Part shown: positions 26,466 through 36,167 of the stretch, piece after piece
Layout of the letters: each line of letters begins with the position of its first letter
Position numbering within the stretch: the stretch's first letter is position 1
Source of the DNA: Balanoglossus misakiensis
Taxonomy: Eukaryota > Animalia > Hemichordata
DNA: 64,000 nt
Direction of reading: 5' to 3'
Assembly (NCBI GenBank): GCA_040954595.2
Contig: CM082578.2
Coordinates: 711,740-775,739 of the forward strand
Position numbers and translations under genes: made by a program
The notes under the pieces: generated by a model
The model's input: only the letters and a program-made list of their open reading frames with translations
Databases searched by the model: none
Told to the model about the DNA's origin: nothing

Positions 26466-28560
26466 AGAAAATGTCGGGTCATTCAGGGTCAGGTCTGAAG
26501 CCTTATTTGATTGTACACGGTGGATGTTGGGGTGTCCGTGTATTTGTTTATGTGTGTGCAAATTCATACATGTATGCCTATCGTACTTGGACTTGATATT
26601 GCTAACTGGTGGAAATGGTTTTGAAGTGAAATTTTATTCAGATTTGGCTGAGTACATTGCAACGTAAATGGGAAAATGTCGGGTCATTCAGGGTCAGGTC
26701 TGAAGCCTTATTTGGTTGTACACGGTTGATGTTGGGGTGTCCGTGTATTTGTTTATGTCTATGCAAATTCATACATGTATGCCTATCGTACTTGGACTTG
26801 ATATTGCTAAATAGTGGAAATGATTTTGAAGTGAAATTTTATTCACATTTGTCTGAGTACATTGCAACGTAAATGGGAAAATGTCGGGTCATTCAGGGTC
26901 AGGTCTGAAGCCTTATTTGATTGTACATGGTGGATGTTGGGGTGTCCGTGTATTTGTTTATGTGTGTGCAAATTCATACATGTATGCCTATCGTACTTGG
27001 ACTTGATATTGCTAACTGGTAGAAATGGTTTTGAAGTGAAATTTTATTCAAATTTGTCTGAGTACATTGCAACGTAAATGGGAAAATGTCGGGTCATTCA
27101 GGGTCAGGTCTGAAGCCTTATTTGGTTGTACACGGTTGATGTTGGGGTGTCTGTGTATTTGTTTATGTCTATGCAAATTCATACATGTATGCCTATCGTA
27201 CTTGGACTTGATATTGCTAAATAGTGGAAATGGTTTTGAAGTGAAATTTTATTCAGATTTGGCTGAGTACATTGCAACGTAAATGGGAAAATGTCGGGTC
27301 ATTCAGGGTCAGGTCTGAAGCCTTATTTGGTTGTACACAGTGGATGTTGGGGTGTCCGTGTATTTGTTTATGTGTGTGCAAATTCATACATGTATGCCTA
27401 TCGTACTTGGACTTGATATTGCTAAATAGTGGAAATGATTTTGAAGTGAAATTTTATTCAAATTTGTCTGAGTACATTGCAACGTAAATGGGAAAATGTC
27501 GGGTCATTCAGGGTCAGGTCTGAAGCCTTATTTGGTTGTACACAGTGGATGTTGGGGTGTCCGTGTATTTGTTTATGTGTGTGCAAATTCATACATGTAT
27601 GCCTATCGTACTTGGACTTGATATTGCTAACTGGTGGAAATGGTTTTGAAGTGAAATTTTATTCACATTTGTCTGAGTACATTGCAACGTAAATGGGAAA
27701 ATGTCGGGTCATTCAGGGTCAGGTCTGAAGCCTTATTTGGTTGTACACAGTTGATGTTGGGGTATCCGTGTATTTGTTTATGTCTATGCAAATTCATACA
27801 TGTATGCCTATCGTACTTGGACTTGAAATTGCTAAATAGTGGAAATGATTTTGAAGTGAAATTTTATTCAGATTTGGCTGAGTACATTGCAGCGTAAATG
27901 GGAAAATGTCGGGTCATTCAGGGTCAGGTCTGAAGCCTTATTTGGTTGTACACGGTGGATGTTGGGGTGTCCGTGTATTTGTGTATGTCTGTGCAAATTC
28001 ATACATGTATGCCTATCGTACTTAGACTTAATATTGCTAAATAGTGGAAATGATTTTGAAGTGAAATTTTATTCAGATTTGGCTGAGTACATTGCAACGT
28101 AAATGGGAAAATGTCCGGGTCATTCAGGGTCAGGTCTGAAGCCTTATTTGGTTGTACACGGTGGATGTTGGGGTGTCCGTGTATTTGTGTATGTCTGTGC
28201 AAATTCATACATGTATGCCTATCGTACTTAGACTTGATATTGCTAAATAGTGGAAATGATTTTGAAGTGAAATTTTATTCAGATTTGGTTGATTGCAACG
28301 TAAATGGGAAAATGTCGGGTCATTAAGGGTCAGGTCTGAAGCCTTATTTGGTTGTACACAGTAGATGTTGGGGTGTCCGTGTATTTGTGTATGTCTGTGC
28401 AAATTCATTCATGTATGCCTATCGTACTTGGACTTGATATTGCTAAATAGTGGAAATGATTTTTAAAGAAAATTTCACTCAGATCTGAGATTTGTCTGAG
28501 CACATTCTAATGTGAATGCCAGAATGTTAGGTCATACAGGGGTCAGGATTTAAGCCTTAT
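26466..28560. repeat. 205-bp tandem repeat, ~10 copies, inside the Helentron
   Basis: GAAAATGTCGGGTCATTCAGGGTCAGG recurs every 205 bp (ORF twins 26657, 26862, 27067 and onward). Confidence 0.97.
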
Positions 28561-28832
28561 CCTGTTTTCCAGCAGAAAAAAAGTGTCTCTGTGATAGTTT
28601 GTGTGTATATGTGTCTATTTGTATACAAGCATGGGGATATGTGTGTATTATGTGTGGCTGTTGAATTACAACTTTGTTCGGACTTAGTTTCTATAAATCA
28701 CTTCTGTCTGTTAAAAGTTCCACTACTTTTTACTGGTTATAATCACTAGTGATGTGATTTGATGAGAAGGTTATCTGAAGTCTGGTGGTGAAAGTAAAAA
28801 CCTAACTAGACAGTATATTTGCTTTGTTCCAG

Positions 28833-31800
28833 ATGCCACGCAGTAGATACTGGAGGAAGAAGAGGAGTCAGAAGAATGAAGATGCTGTTGTGTCTGAGGA
28901 TCCTGTCCTCTTGAAAAACAGGATAGCTATAGAGCACAAAGAGGGGCCTGCCCTCTCTAAAAACAGGAATAGAAATGAATACAAAGAGGGGCCTGCCCTC
29001 TCTAAAAACAGGAATAGAAATGAATTCAAAGAGGGGCCTGCCCTCTCTAAAAACAGGAATAGAAATGAATACAAAGAGGGGCCTGCCCTCTCTAAAAACA
29101 GGAATAATAATGAATTCAAAGAGGGGCCTGCCCTCTCTAAAAACAGGAATAGAAATGAATACAAAGAGGGGCCTGCCCTCTCTAAAAACAGGAATAGAAA
29201 TGAATTCAAAGAGGGGCCTGCCCTCTCTAAAAACAGGAATATGGATAAAATCAGAAAAAGTGACAGAGAAAATGAAAGTACTAAAGTCAACAATGAGATA
29301 TTTGAGACCGAAAATCAAAGTGTTGATAAGACTGAAGGAAGTAATGAAATTCTGCAACAACATAGTCTTGACAATGATTCATCGGAAGACCTATATATTG
29401 GTAGTGGAACAGAGGACAGTGTTTATTCATTCTCTCCACTTACTTCTGATGTATGTGAACAGCTGTGTTGCAAATTTGATATTGTAGATAAAAATAAAAT
29501 TGATGTTTTAAATAAACTTGGAAGTGTTACAATTGGAGACCCATGTAATTACAAGTCAATAATTGGTGATGGTAACTGTTTTTTTAGGTCCTTGTCATAT
29601 TGTATAAGTGGGACTGAGCGAAATCACGGAGTTATTCGAACGGCCATTGTGAATCACTTGAAAGCCAATGAGGAAGTATATTCAGGCTGGGTAAGGTTAG
29701 ATGGATATACATCAGTTGCTGATTATATTGAGAAGTCCAGAATGGATCATCTAGGCACATGGGCTACAGAAACGGAAATCCTTGCCACTACAAATCTCTT
29801 CAATGTAAATATTTTTGTGTACAGTTTTGATAGTTGGTGGAAACATTCTTGTAATTTAATCAATAAAAATAATGTTGATAGAGGTGTTGGTATATACCTG
29901 AACCATCGCAATAGAAACCATTATGAAGTTGTAGAGTGTGTGAAGACACCACAGTTGGAAACCTGTCATTGTACACACATTGATTGCAATGATGTTGTCC
30001 CTATAGAATATGAAACTGGTGTATACATGGATGTGACAGACAATGAGTGTTCAAAACAGATTGGTTTGAAACAAGAGTTCCATTTGGATGAAGTATTTGC
30101 AACACATGAAGAACTTCCGTGTCTTGCACCAGTAAGAGGTGAGAAACGTGGAAGAGCCATGGGTGAACGGCTAAAAAAGAAACTCAGGCGTGAAAAGTAT
30201 GAAAGTGAAAGAGGTAAATTGAATCAATTAAATGTACCCAGTAGTCTGAAGAGCTCTAAAGCAGCTAAACAATATGAACGTTATCAGACTAATTGTGAAT
30301 ATAGAGACAATATAAAATCGGTTAGAAGAAAGAGATATCATGAAGATGTACTGTACAGAGAGAACAAAAAACGTAGACTTGCAGGAAGATACGATCATGA
30401 CCTAGTATTTCGTGAAGTACAGAAAACTGTATGTGCAGAACAATGTTTGGCAAAATATGAAAAAGTTCCACTATACAGAGAGCACAAGAAGAGTGAGAGT
30501 GCAGCACAATGTGTTGACAAGTACAAAAAAGATCAGATGTTCCGAGAACAAAAGAAGAGACAATGCGTTGATAAGTACAACAAAGATCTGGAGTTTCGAG
30601 AACAAAAGAAGAGACAGAGTGCAGCAGTATTTGCTGACAAGTTCCACAACGATCAGAAGTTCCGAGAACACAAAAAAAGTCAGAATGCAGCACAATTTCT
30701 TGACAAGTATAACAGAGATGAAGAGTTTCAAAACCGGACAAAAAAAAAGTGTTTGGAACGTTACCAACAGGATCACGTTTATAAACAAACTGTACTGGAG
30801 AGAAGACGTACTGAGAGGAAAGTGACAAAGATTGAAAAGGAAAATATACAGCGTGTTATAATTGATTTCCGGAATCAGATTTCAGTTGGGCCAAATTGTG
30901 TATGTTCAGTTTGTCATCGGAGACTTTTTAGAAAGCAGGTTCTTGTTTGTAAGATGGATAACTATATCTCTAAGGGAGGTCTCTGTGAAATGAATGCCAA
31001 CAAATGCATAACACAAGATTATATACACAACTGTACTGAATTATGTATTATTGATTGTCCCCTTAAGAGCAGTGCAGCCAGTAAATTATGGATTTGTCAC
31101 ACATGCCATAGCAAACTCTTGCGTGCAGAGATGCCTGTTCAAGCTGCTGCAAACAATCTTGATGTCAAACCAATACCTAATGAATTAAAATGCCTGAATT
31201 CGTTAGAGCAACATTTAATTGCACTGCATATTCCTTTCATGAAAATGATGGCACTACCAAGAGGTGGACAGAATGGTGTTCATGGGCCTGTTGTGTGTGT
31301 CCCGTCTAATATAGAAAAGGCCACAAGTATTTTGCCTAGAGGTGAATTGGAGGACCAGATGATAAAGGTGAAATTGAAGCGGAAATTAAGTTATAAAGGT
31401 TGTTATCAGTATCAATTTGTAAACAAAGGACACATTCAAAATGCACTGGAATACCTACAGAAAAATAACAAGTGGTATAATGATGTCAAATTCAATCTCA
31501 CTTGGGAAAATACTCTTGAAAAGACTGAAGAAAAATCTGATGGTGAAAGTAATGGAAACACTGAGGAAAAATTGTTAGATACTGAAGGCAATGATGTAGC
31601 ATCAGACACAGAAGATGGAAATGAACATGATAGAGATACAAATGGAATATTCATGGACACATGCTTTCAACCAGTTGACATTGGTCAGGATATTCTTGAT
31701 TATCACTTTGATGATATTGCTTGTGTTGCACCTGGTGAGGATAATAAACCTGTTAGAGTGTTGATGGAAAAGTTCAATGAAGCTAAGTGCTTTCCTGTGA

Positions 31801-34800
31801 TATTCCCAACTGGATCACCAACATTTCACGATGACCGAGAGGTTAAGATAACAATAGGGCGATACCTGCAAAGTCGTTTAATGAATGCAAGTAACAGGTT
31901 TGCCAGAAGCACAGACTATATATTTTATGCACAATACCGTTCAGAACTTGACCAGGTTGTATCAAATGTGTCAATTGCTTTGAGAAAAGGAACTGCCAAC
32001 GCTTGTGGCAAAAAGGTGACATCTGATGTTCTGACTGATGGGGATTCTTTGAGAGAGATATTGAAGTGTGATGAAGGCTACAAGTTTCTAAAACCAGTAC
32101 GAGGAACTCCTCCTTATTGGCAATCAACACAGAAAGATTTGTTTGCAATGATCAGACAGTTAGGTATACCGACATGGTTCTGCTCATTTTCTGCTGCTGA
32201 CTTAAGATGGAAAGAAGTAATTGAAACTATCCTACGTGAAGAAGGTGATACACGTAATGCTGAGGATCTCGATTGGTCTGAGAAATGTGGTATCTTGAGG
32301 CGAAATCCCGTCACAGCAGCAAGAATGTTTGATAATAGATTCCATTGTTTCTTGAATGAGGTAATAATGTCACCAGCTAGTCCTATTGGGAAGATCAAAG
32401 ATTATTTTTATCGAGTTGAGTTTCAGCAGCGTGGATCACCACACACTCACTGTTTGTTTTGGGTTGAAAATGCCCCAAAAGTGGACAAAGATTCTGATGA
32501 AGATGTTGTTGAGTTTGTTGACAGATATGTAACATGTGAAATGCCTTCTATTGAAGAGGATGAGGTACTGCATGAGATTGTGAAAACAGTCCAGAAACAC
32601 AGCTCAAGGCATTCAAAATCTTGCAAGAAAAAGGGTACTACATGTCGATTCAACTTTCCTCGACCTCCTTCAAACAAAACCTTTATATGCCACCCTTCTG
32701 TCAGCATAGATACCGGTATAGAGGTAACAGATGACGATCAGTGTAAGGATGATCAAATGACTACATCACTGGAAAGTGAATTTGAAAATAGTTTGCCTGA
32801 GTTTGATGATACAGTATTGGGTCAGAAGAAGGCTAGACAAATTTTAGAACGAGTGTGGACATGCCTGTGTGACAAAGAGAAACAAATTGATACTATTGAT
32901 GATTTGTTCAATGCAGTTGGCATATCTCAGGAGATGTTTGAACAAGCAAATGCAATTTTGGCAAAGAAGACAAGTGTAGTTCTAAAACGTGAGCCAAGTG
33001 ATGTTTGGGTAAATCCATATAATGCCAACCTCCTTCTTTGCTGGAATGCAAATATGGACATTCAGTTTGTTGTGGATGCATATGCCTGTGTTGTGTACAT
33101 TGTGTCATACATCTCTAAGGCAGAAAGAGAAATGGGTTTACTCTTGGAACATGCACAGAAAGAGGCTAACAAAGAAGGAAATATGGATGCAAAGTCGGCC
33201 ATGAAAGAATTAGGTGGTGTATATCTGCACAACAGGGAAATAAGTGCCCAGGAAGCTGTGTATAGGGTATGTGGTTTGAAACTGAAACAATCATCACGAA
33301 AAGTTCAGTTTATTCCAACAGGAGAAAATCAAATTAAAATGAGTCTGCCATTAGCTGCAATACAGAAGAAAATGAAAGGTGATGATTTAGACGAGGAAGA
33401 GATATGGATGAACAGCATTGTAGACAGGTACAAGAACAGACCAAATGGGGTAGATTTTGACAACATGTGTCTTGCAGCATTTTGTTCTGAATACAGAGTG
33501 GTTTCAAAATCAGAAATGAAAAATGTGAGTAATGAAAAACGCCACAGTCCAATAGTGAAGTTGAAAAATGATGTTGGTTACATGCAGAAAAGATCTCAAA
33601 GTGATGGGGCTGTTGTTAGATATGCTAGATTTTCTGTTACCAAATGTCCAGAAAAGCACTATGGCAGTATATTACAACTGTTTCTCCCATATCGTACTGA
33701 ATCACAACTGAAACCTAGTGGATTTGAATCGTTTGAGGATTTTTATTGTCTTGGTGCAGTGAAATGTGGCTCTGCTTCTTTAGAAAAGGTAAAAATGATC
33801 GTAGATGCCAACAAAGCATTATTTGAAACAGAGGCTGATGCTATTGATGCAGCTGGACAATTTCTTGATGAGAATGGCCATCTTGAAGATGCATGGGCAC
33901 AAATATGTCCAGAAAATGAATTGGAACGGTTGGAATGCATTGAAGAAGGTAAAAAGTGCAGTGGTGATGATCCCGTAGATGACGATGATATTCCAGATTT
34001 GGTTCAGAAACCCAAAGGTGATGACTACCATTTAGAAATTTCGAATTCAATAAGGAAATATGAGGTTGAAGCAATGTGTAGATCATTGAACAAGAAACAA
34101 GCAGAAGTGTTTTACACTGTCAGGAAGTGGTGTTTGGACAAAAGCAATGGCAATAATCCAGAACCATTTTGTTTGTTTGTCACTGGTGGTGCTGGTACTG
34201 GGAAAAGTCACTTAATCAAAGCCATATATCATGAAGCTAAACGAATTCTAGCTCGGGCAATGCCAGATATTGATGGAATTTCTATTGCTTTAACTGCACC
34301 GACAGGAGTTGCGGCATTTAATATACAAGGAACAACTCTCCATCATATATTCTCCATAGCAGTTGACTCAAAGCTACCATATCAGCCACTGCGTGAAGAA
34401 AAGCTGAATACTCTTCGTTGCAAGTTTGGACACCTTCAAATTTTGATAATAGATGAGATTTCTATGGTAGACAAAAAGTTATTGTACTACGTTCACGGAA
34501 GACTACGACAAATCAAACAGTCATCGGCTGAGTCACCATTTGGGAATGTTTGTGTTATTGCTGTAGGTGACTTTTATCAACTTCCACCTGTGAAAGCAAG
34601 TCCACTGTGCATAGACCGTGAATCCGTCAATCTGTGGAAAGATAATTTCAGTATCATAGAACTAACGGAAATAATGAGACAGAAAGACTGTGCATTTGCA
34701 GAGGCATTAAATCGGGTAAGAGTTCACAAAAAAGGGGACACAATGAATGCTGGTGATGTGGCAATGTTTCAAAAGTGTGTTACTGGTGAAACGTCTGAGG

Positions 34801-36167
34801 CAATGCATATTTTTGCTACAAATGCAGAGGTTAATAGCTGTAATGTTGAAATGCTTCATTCTCAATGTTCTGATCCTGTGTGTATTGAAGCAGAAGATTT
34901 TAGCAGGAATCCTACAAGTGGAAGACTAGAAAAAAAGGAAGGTCACCACGTCAAAGTGTACAGGACAACTTTGCCAAAGACTCTTACTCTAGCTGTTGGT
35001 GCACGAGTCCAATTGACACATAATATTGATGTGGCTGATGGTTTGGTGAATGGCGTATTTGGCACAGTATGTCACATTGCAGTTAAACCAAATGTAAAAT
35101 TCCCAGCTGCCATTTATGTTGTATTTGATAATGAGAAAGTTGGCCAAGGATTGCGTAAAAAGAAGCCTATAACTATATCTAACCTTCCAGTAAACAGTAC
35201 CCTTATAGAACCCCAGGAAATGTCAGTTGCAAGTAATGGTGGTATTAGGAGGCAATTTCCTTTAAAACTAGCTTGGGCATGTACAGTGCATAAGGTGCAG
35301 GGATTGACAGTTGAAAAAGCTGTTGTTAATTTGAAGAAGATGTTTGCACCAGGACAGGCATATGTGGCATTGAGTCGAGTGACATCATTAGATGGTCTCA
35401 TTATTAATGACTTTAACAAATCATCCATATATTGCAATGAAAAAGTCCAAGAAGCCCTGGAAACAATGCCAAAGTTTCTTCCCAAGTGTACTCAGAGAGA
35501 ACACAGTAATTATACATGCTCATTTGTATTGCATAATGTGGAGGGACTTGTCAATCACATTAAAGATATTTGCAATGACAGTGAATATTTGGAAGCAGAC
35601 TTCATTTGTTTGACGGAGACATGGTTATCTGAAAAAGGAAAACATTGTAATTTACAATTGAGCGGATTTGAATTCAATCACCAACCACGATCTCAATCCT
35701 ACAATCAATTTGATACAAATACATCAAGTCTACAATTGCAACAGCGGGGTGGTGTTGGAGTCTATAGCAAACTATGTAGTGATTTTGAAATTTTGCATTT
35801 GGGTGTGTGTAATTTGGAATGTATTTCATTTTATGTTGCTAAAATCAATGTTACAGTAGCTGTAGTTTACAGACCACCATCATACAAAGCAGAGGTATTC
35901 ATAAGTAGTTTGGTTTGTTTGGTGAAAGCAATGGATAAATACCCAGGAGGCAAACTGATCATGGGTGATTTCAATGAAGATATCTTGTCCCGGTCATCAC
36001 TTGTAAAGTTCATGAAAGATCATGGTTTCAGACAATCTGTAAGTGAACCAACTACAGAAGCTAATACATTGATTGACCATGTGTATGTGAAAGGCATAAA
36101 AAATGTGACAGTAAATGTTGTACCAAAATACTTCAGCTTTCATGAAGCAATAAGCATCAAAATATAA
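28833..36167 (+). CDS. Helentron polyprotein: OTU cysteine protease, Zn-finger region, HUH Rep initiator, PIF1-family SF1 helicase, AP-like endonuclease (~2444 aa)
   Basis: OTU: GDGNCFFRSL...WATETEI...NHYEVV. Rep motifs: PTWFCSFS, VEFQQRGSPHTHCLFW, YIVSYISK. Helicase: GGAGTGKS, IIDEISMV, GDFYQLPPV, QFPLKLAWACTVHKVQGLT, GQAYVALSRV. APE: HNVEG, LTETWL, YRPP, MGDFN, IDH. No stops. The first ATG is at 28833 (the track start at 28824 is TTG). Confidence 0.97.
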   Translation: MPRSRYWRKKRSQKNEDAVVSEDPVLLKNRIAIEHKEGPALSKNRNRNEYKEGPALSKNRNRNEFKEGPALSKNRNRNEYKEGPALSKNRNNNEFKEGPALSKNRNRNEYKEGPALSKNRNRNEFKEGPALSKNRNMDKIRKSDRENESTKVNNEIFETENQSVDKTEGSNEILQQHSLDNDSSEDLYIGSGTEDSVYSFSPLTSDVCEQLCCKFDIVDKNKIDVLNKLGSVTIGDPCNYKSIIGDGNCFFRSLSYCISGTERNHGVIRTAIVNHLKANEEVYSGWVRLDGYTSVADYIEKSRMDHLGTWATETEILATTNLFNVNIFVYSFDSWWKHSCNLINKNNVDRGVGIYLNHRNRNHYEVVECVKTPQLETCHCTHIDCNDVVPIEYETGVYMDVTDNECSKQIGLKQEFHLDEVFATHEELPCLAPVRGEKRGRAMGERLKKKLRREKYESERGKLNQLNVPSSLKSSKAAKQYERYQTNCEYRDNIKSVRRKRYHEDVLYRENKKRRLAGRYDHDLVFREVQKTVCAEQCLAKYEKVPLYREHKKSESAAQCVDKYKKDQMFREQKKRQCVDKYNKDLEFREQKKRQSAAVFADKFHNDQKFREHKKSQNAAQFLDKYNRDEEFQNRTKKKCLERYQQDHVYKQTVLERRRTERKVTKIEKENIQRVIIDFRNQISVGPNCVCSVCHRRLFRKQVLVCKMDNYISKGGLCEMNANKCITQDYIHNCTELCIIDCPLKSSAASKLWICHTCHSKLLRAEMPVQAAANNLDVKPIPNELKCLNSLEQHLIALHIPFMKMMALPRGGQNGVHGPVVCVPSNIEKATSILPRGELEDQMIKVKLKRKLSYKGCYQYQFVNKGHIQNALEYLQKNNKWYNDVKFNLTWENTLEKTEEKSDGESNGNTEEKLLDTEGNDVASDTEDGNEHDRDTNGIFMDTCFQPVDIGQDILDYHFDDIACVAPGEDNKPVRVLMEKFNEAKCFPVIFPTGSPTFHDDREVKITIGRYLQSRLMNASNRFARSTDYIFYAQYRSELDQVVSNVSIALRKGTANACGKKVTSDVLTDGDSLREILKCDEGYKFLKPVRGTPPYWQSTQKDLFAMIRQLGIPTWFCSFSAADLRWKEVIETILREEGDTRNAEDLDWSEKCGILRRNPVTAARMFDNRFHCFLNEVIMSPASPIGKIKDYFYRVEFQQRGSPHTHCLFWVENAPKVDKDSDEDVVEFVDRYVTCEMPSIEEDEVLHEIVKTVQKHSSRHSKSCKKKGTTCRFNFPRPPSNKTFICHPSVSIDTGIEVTDDDQCKDDQMTTSLESEFENSLPEFDDTVLGQKKARQILERVWTCLCDKEKQIDTIDDLFNAVGISQEMFEQANAILAKKTSVVLKREPSDVWVNPYNANLLLCWNANMDIQFVVDAYACVVYIVSYISKAEREMGLLLEHAQKEANKEGNMDAKSAMKELGGVYLHNREISAQEAVYRVCGLKLKQSSRKVQFIPTGENQIKMSLPLAAIQKKMKGDDLDEEEIWMNSIVDRYKNRPNGVDFDNMCLAAFCSEYRVVSKSEMKNVSNEKRHSPIVKLKNDVGYMQKRSQSDGAVVRYARFSVTKCPEKHYGSILQLFLPYRTESQLKPSGFESFEDFYCLGAVKCGSASLEKVKMIVDANKALFETEADAIDAAGQFLDENGHLEDAWAQICPENELERLECIEEGKKCSGDDPVDDDDIPDLVQKPKGDDYHLEISNSIRKYEVEAMCRSLNKKQAEVFYTVRKWCLDKSNGNNPEPFCLFVTGGAGTGKSHLIKAIYHEAKRILARAMPDIDGISIALTAPTGVAAFNIQGTTLHHIFSIAVDSKLPYQPLREEKLNTLRCKFGHLQILIIDEISMVDKKLLYYVHGRLRQIKQSSAESPFGNVCVIAVGDFYQLPPVKASPLCIDRESVNLWKDNFSIIELTEIMRQKDCAFAEALNRVRVHKKGDTMNAGDVAMFQKCVTGETSEAMHIFATNAEVNSCNVEMLHSQCSDPVCIEAEDFSRNPTSGRLEKKEGHHVKVYRTTLPKTLTLAVGARVQLTHNIDVADGLVNGVFGTVCHIAVKPNVKFPAAIYVVFDNEKVGQGLRKKKPITISNLPVNSTLIEPQEMSVASNGGIRRQFPLKLAWACTVHKVQGLTVEKAVVNLKKMFAPGQAYVALSRVTSLDGLIINDFNKSSIYCNEKVQEALETMPKFLPKCTQREHSNYTCSFVLHNVEGLVNHIKDICNDSEYLEADFICLTETWLSEKGKHCNLQLSGFEFNHQPRSQSYNQFDTNTSSLQLQQRGGVGVYSKLCSDFEILHLGVCNLECISFYVAKINVTVAVVYRPPSYKAEVFISSLVCLVKAMDKYPGGKLIMGDFNEDILSRSSLVKFMKDHGFRQSVSEPTTEANTLIDHVYVKGIKNVTVNVVPKYFSFHEAISIKI
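28932..29241 (+). repeat. In-frame 45-bp (15-aa) repeat, 7 copies, E[YF]KEGPALSKNRNRN
   Basis: Visible in both DNA and protein. Alternating Y/F gives a 90-bp dimer period. Confidence 0.95.

Noticed and set aside
26657-28408. Tandem 71-aa ORFs
   Set aside because: They start at TTG, arise from the 205-bp period and have no recognisable domain; they are probably intronic.
28806-35859. Antisense and alternate-frame ORFs overlapping the Helentron ORF
   Set aside because: Shadow ORFs caused by coding repeats and codon bias.
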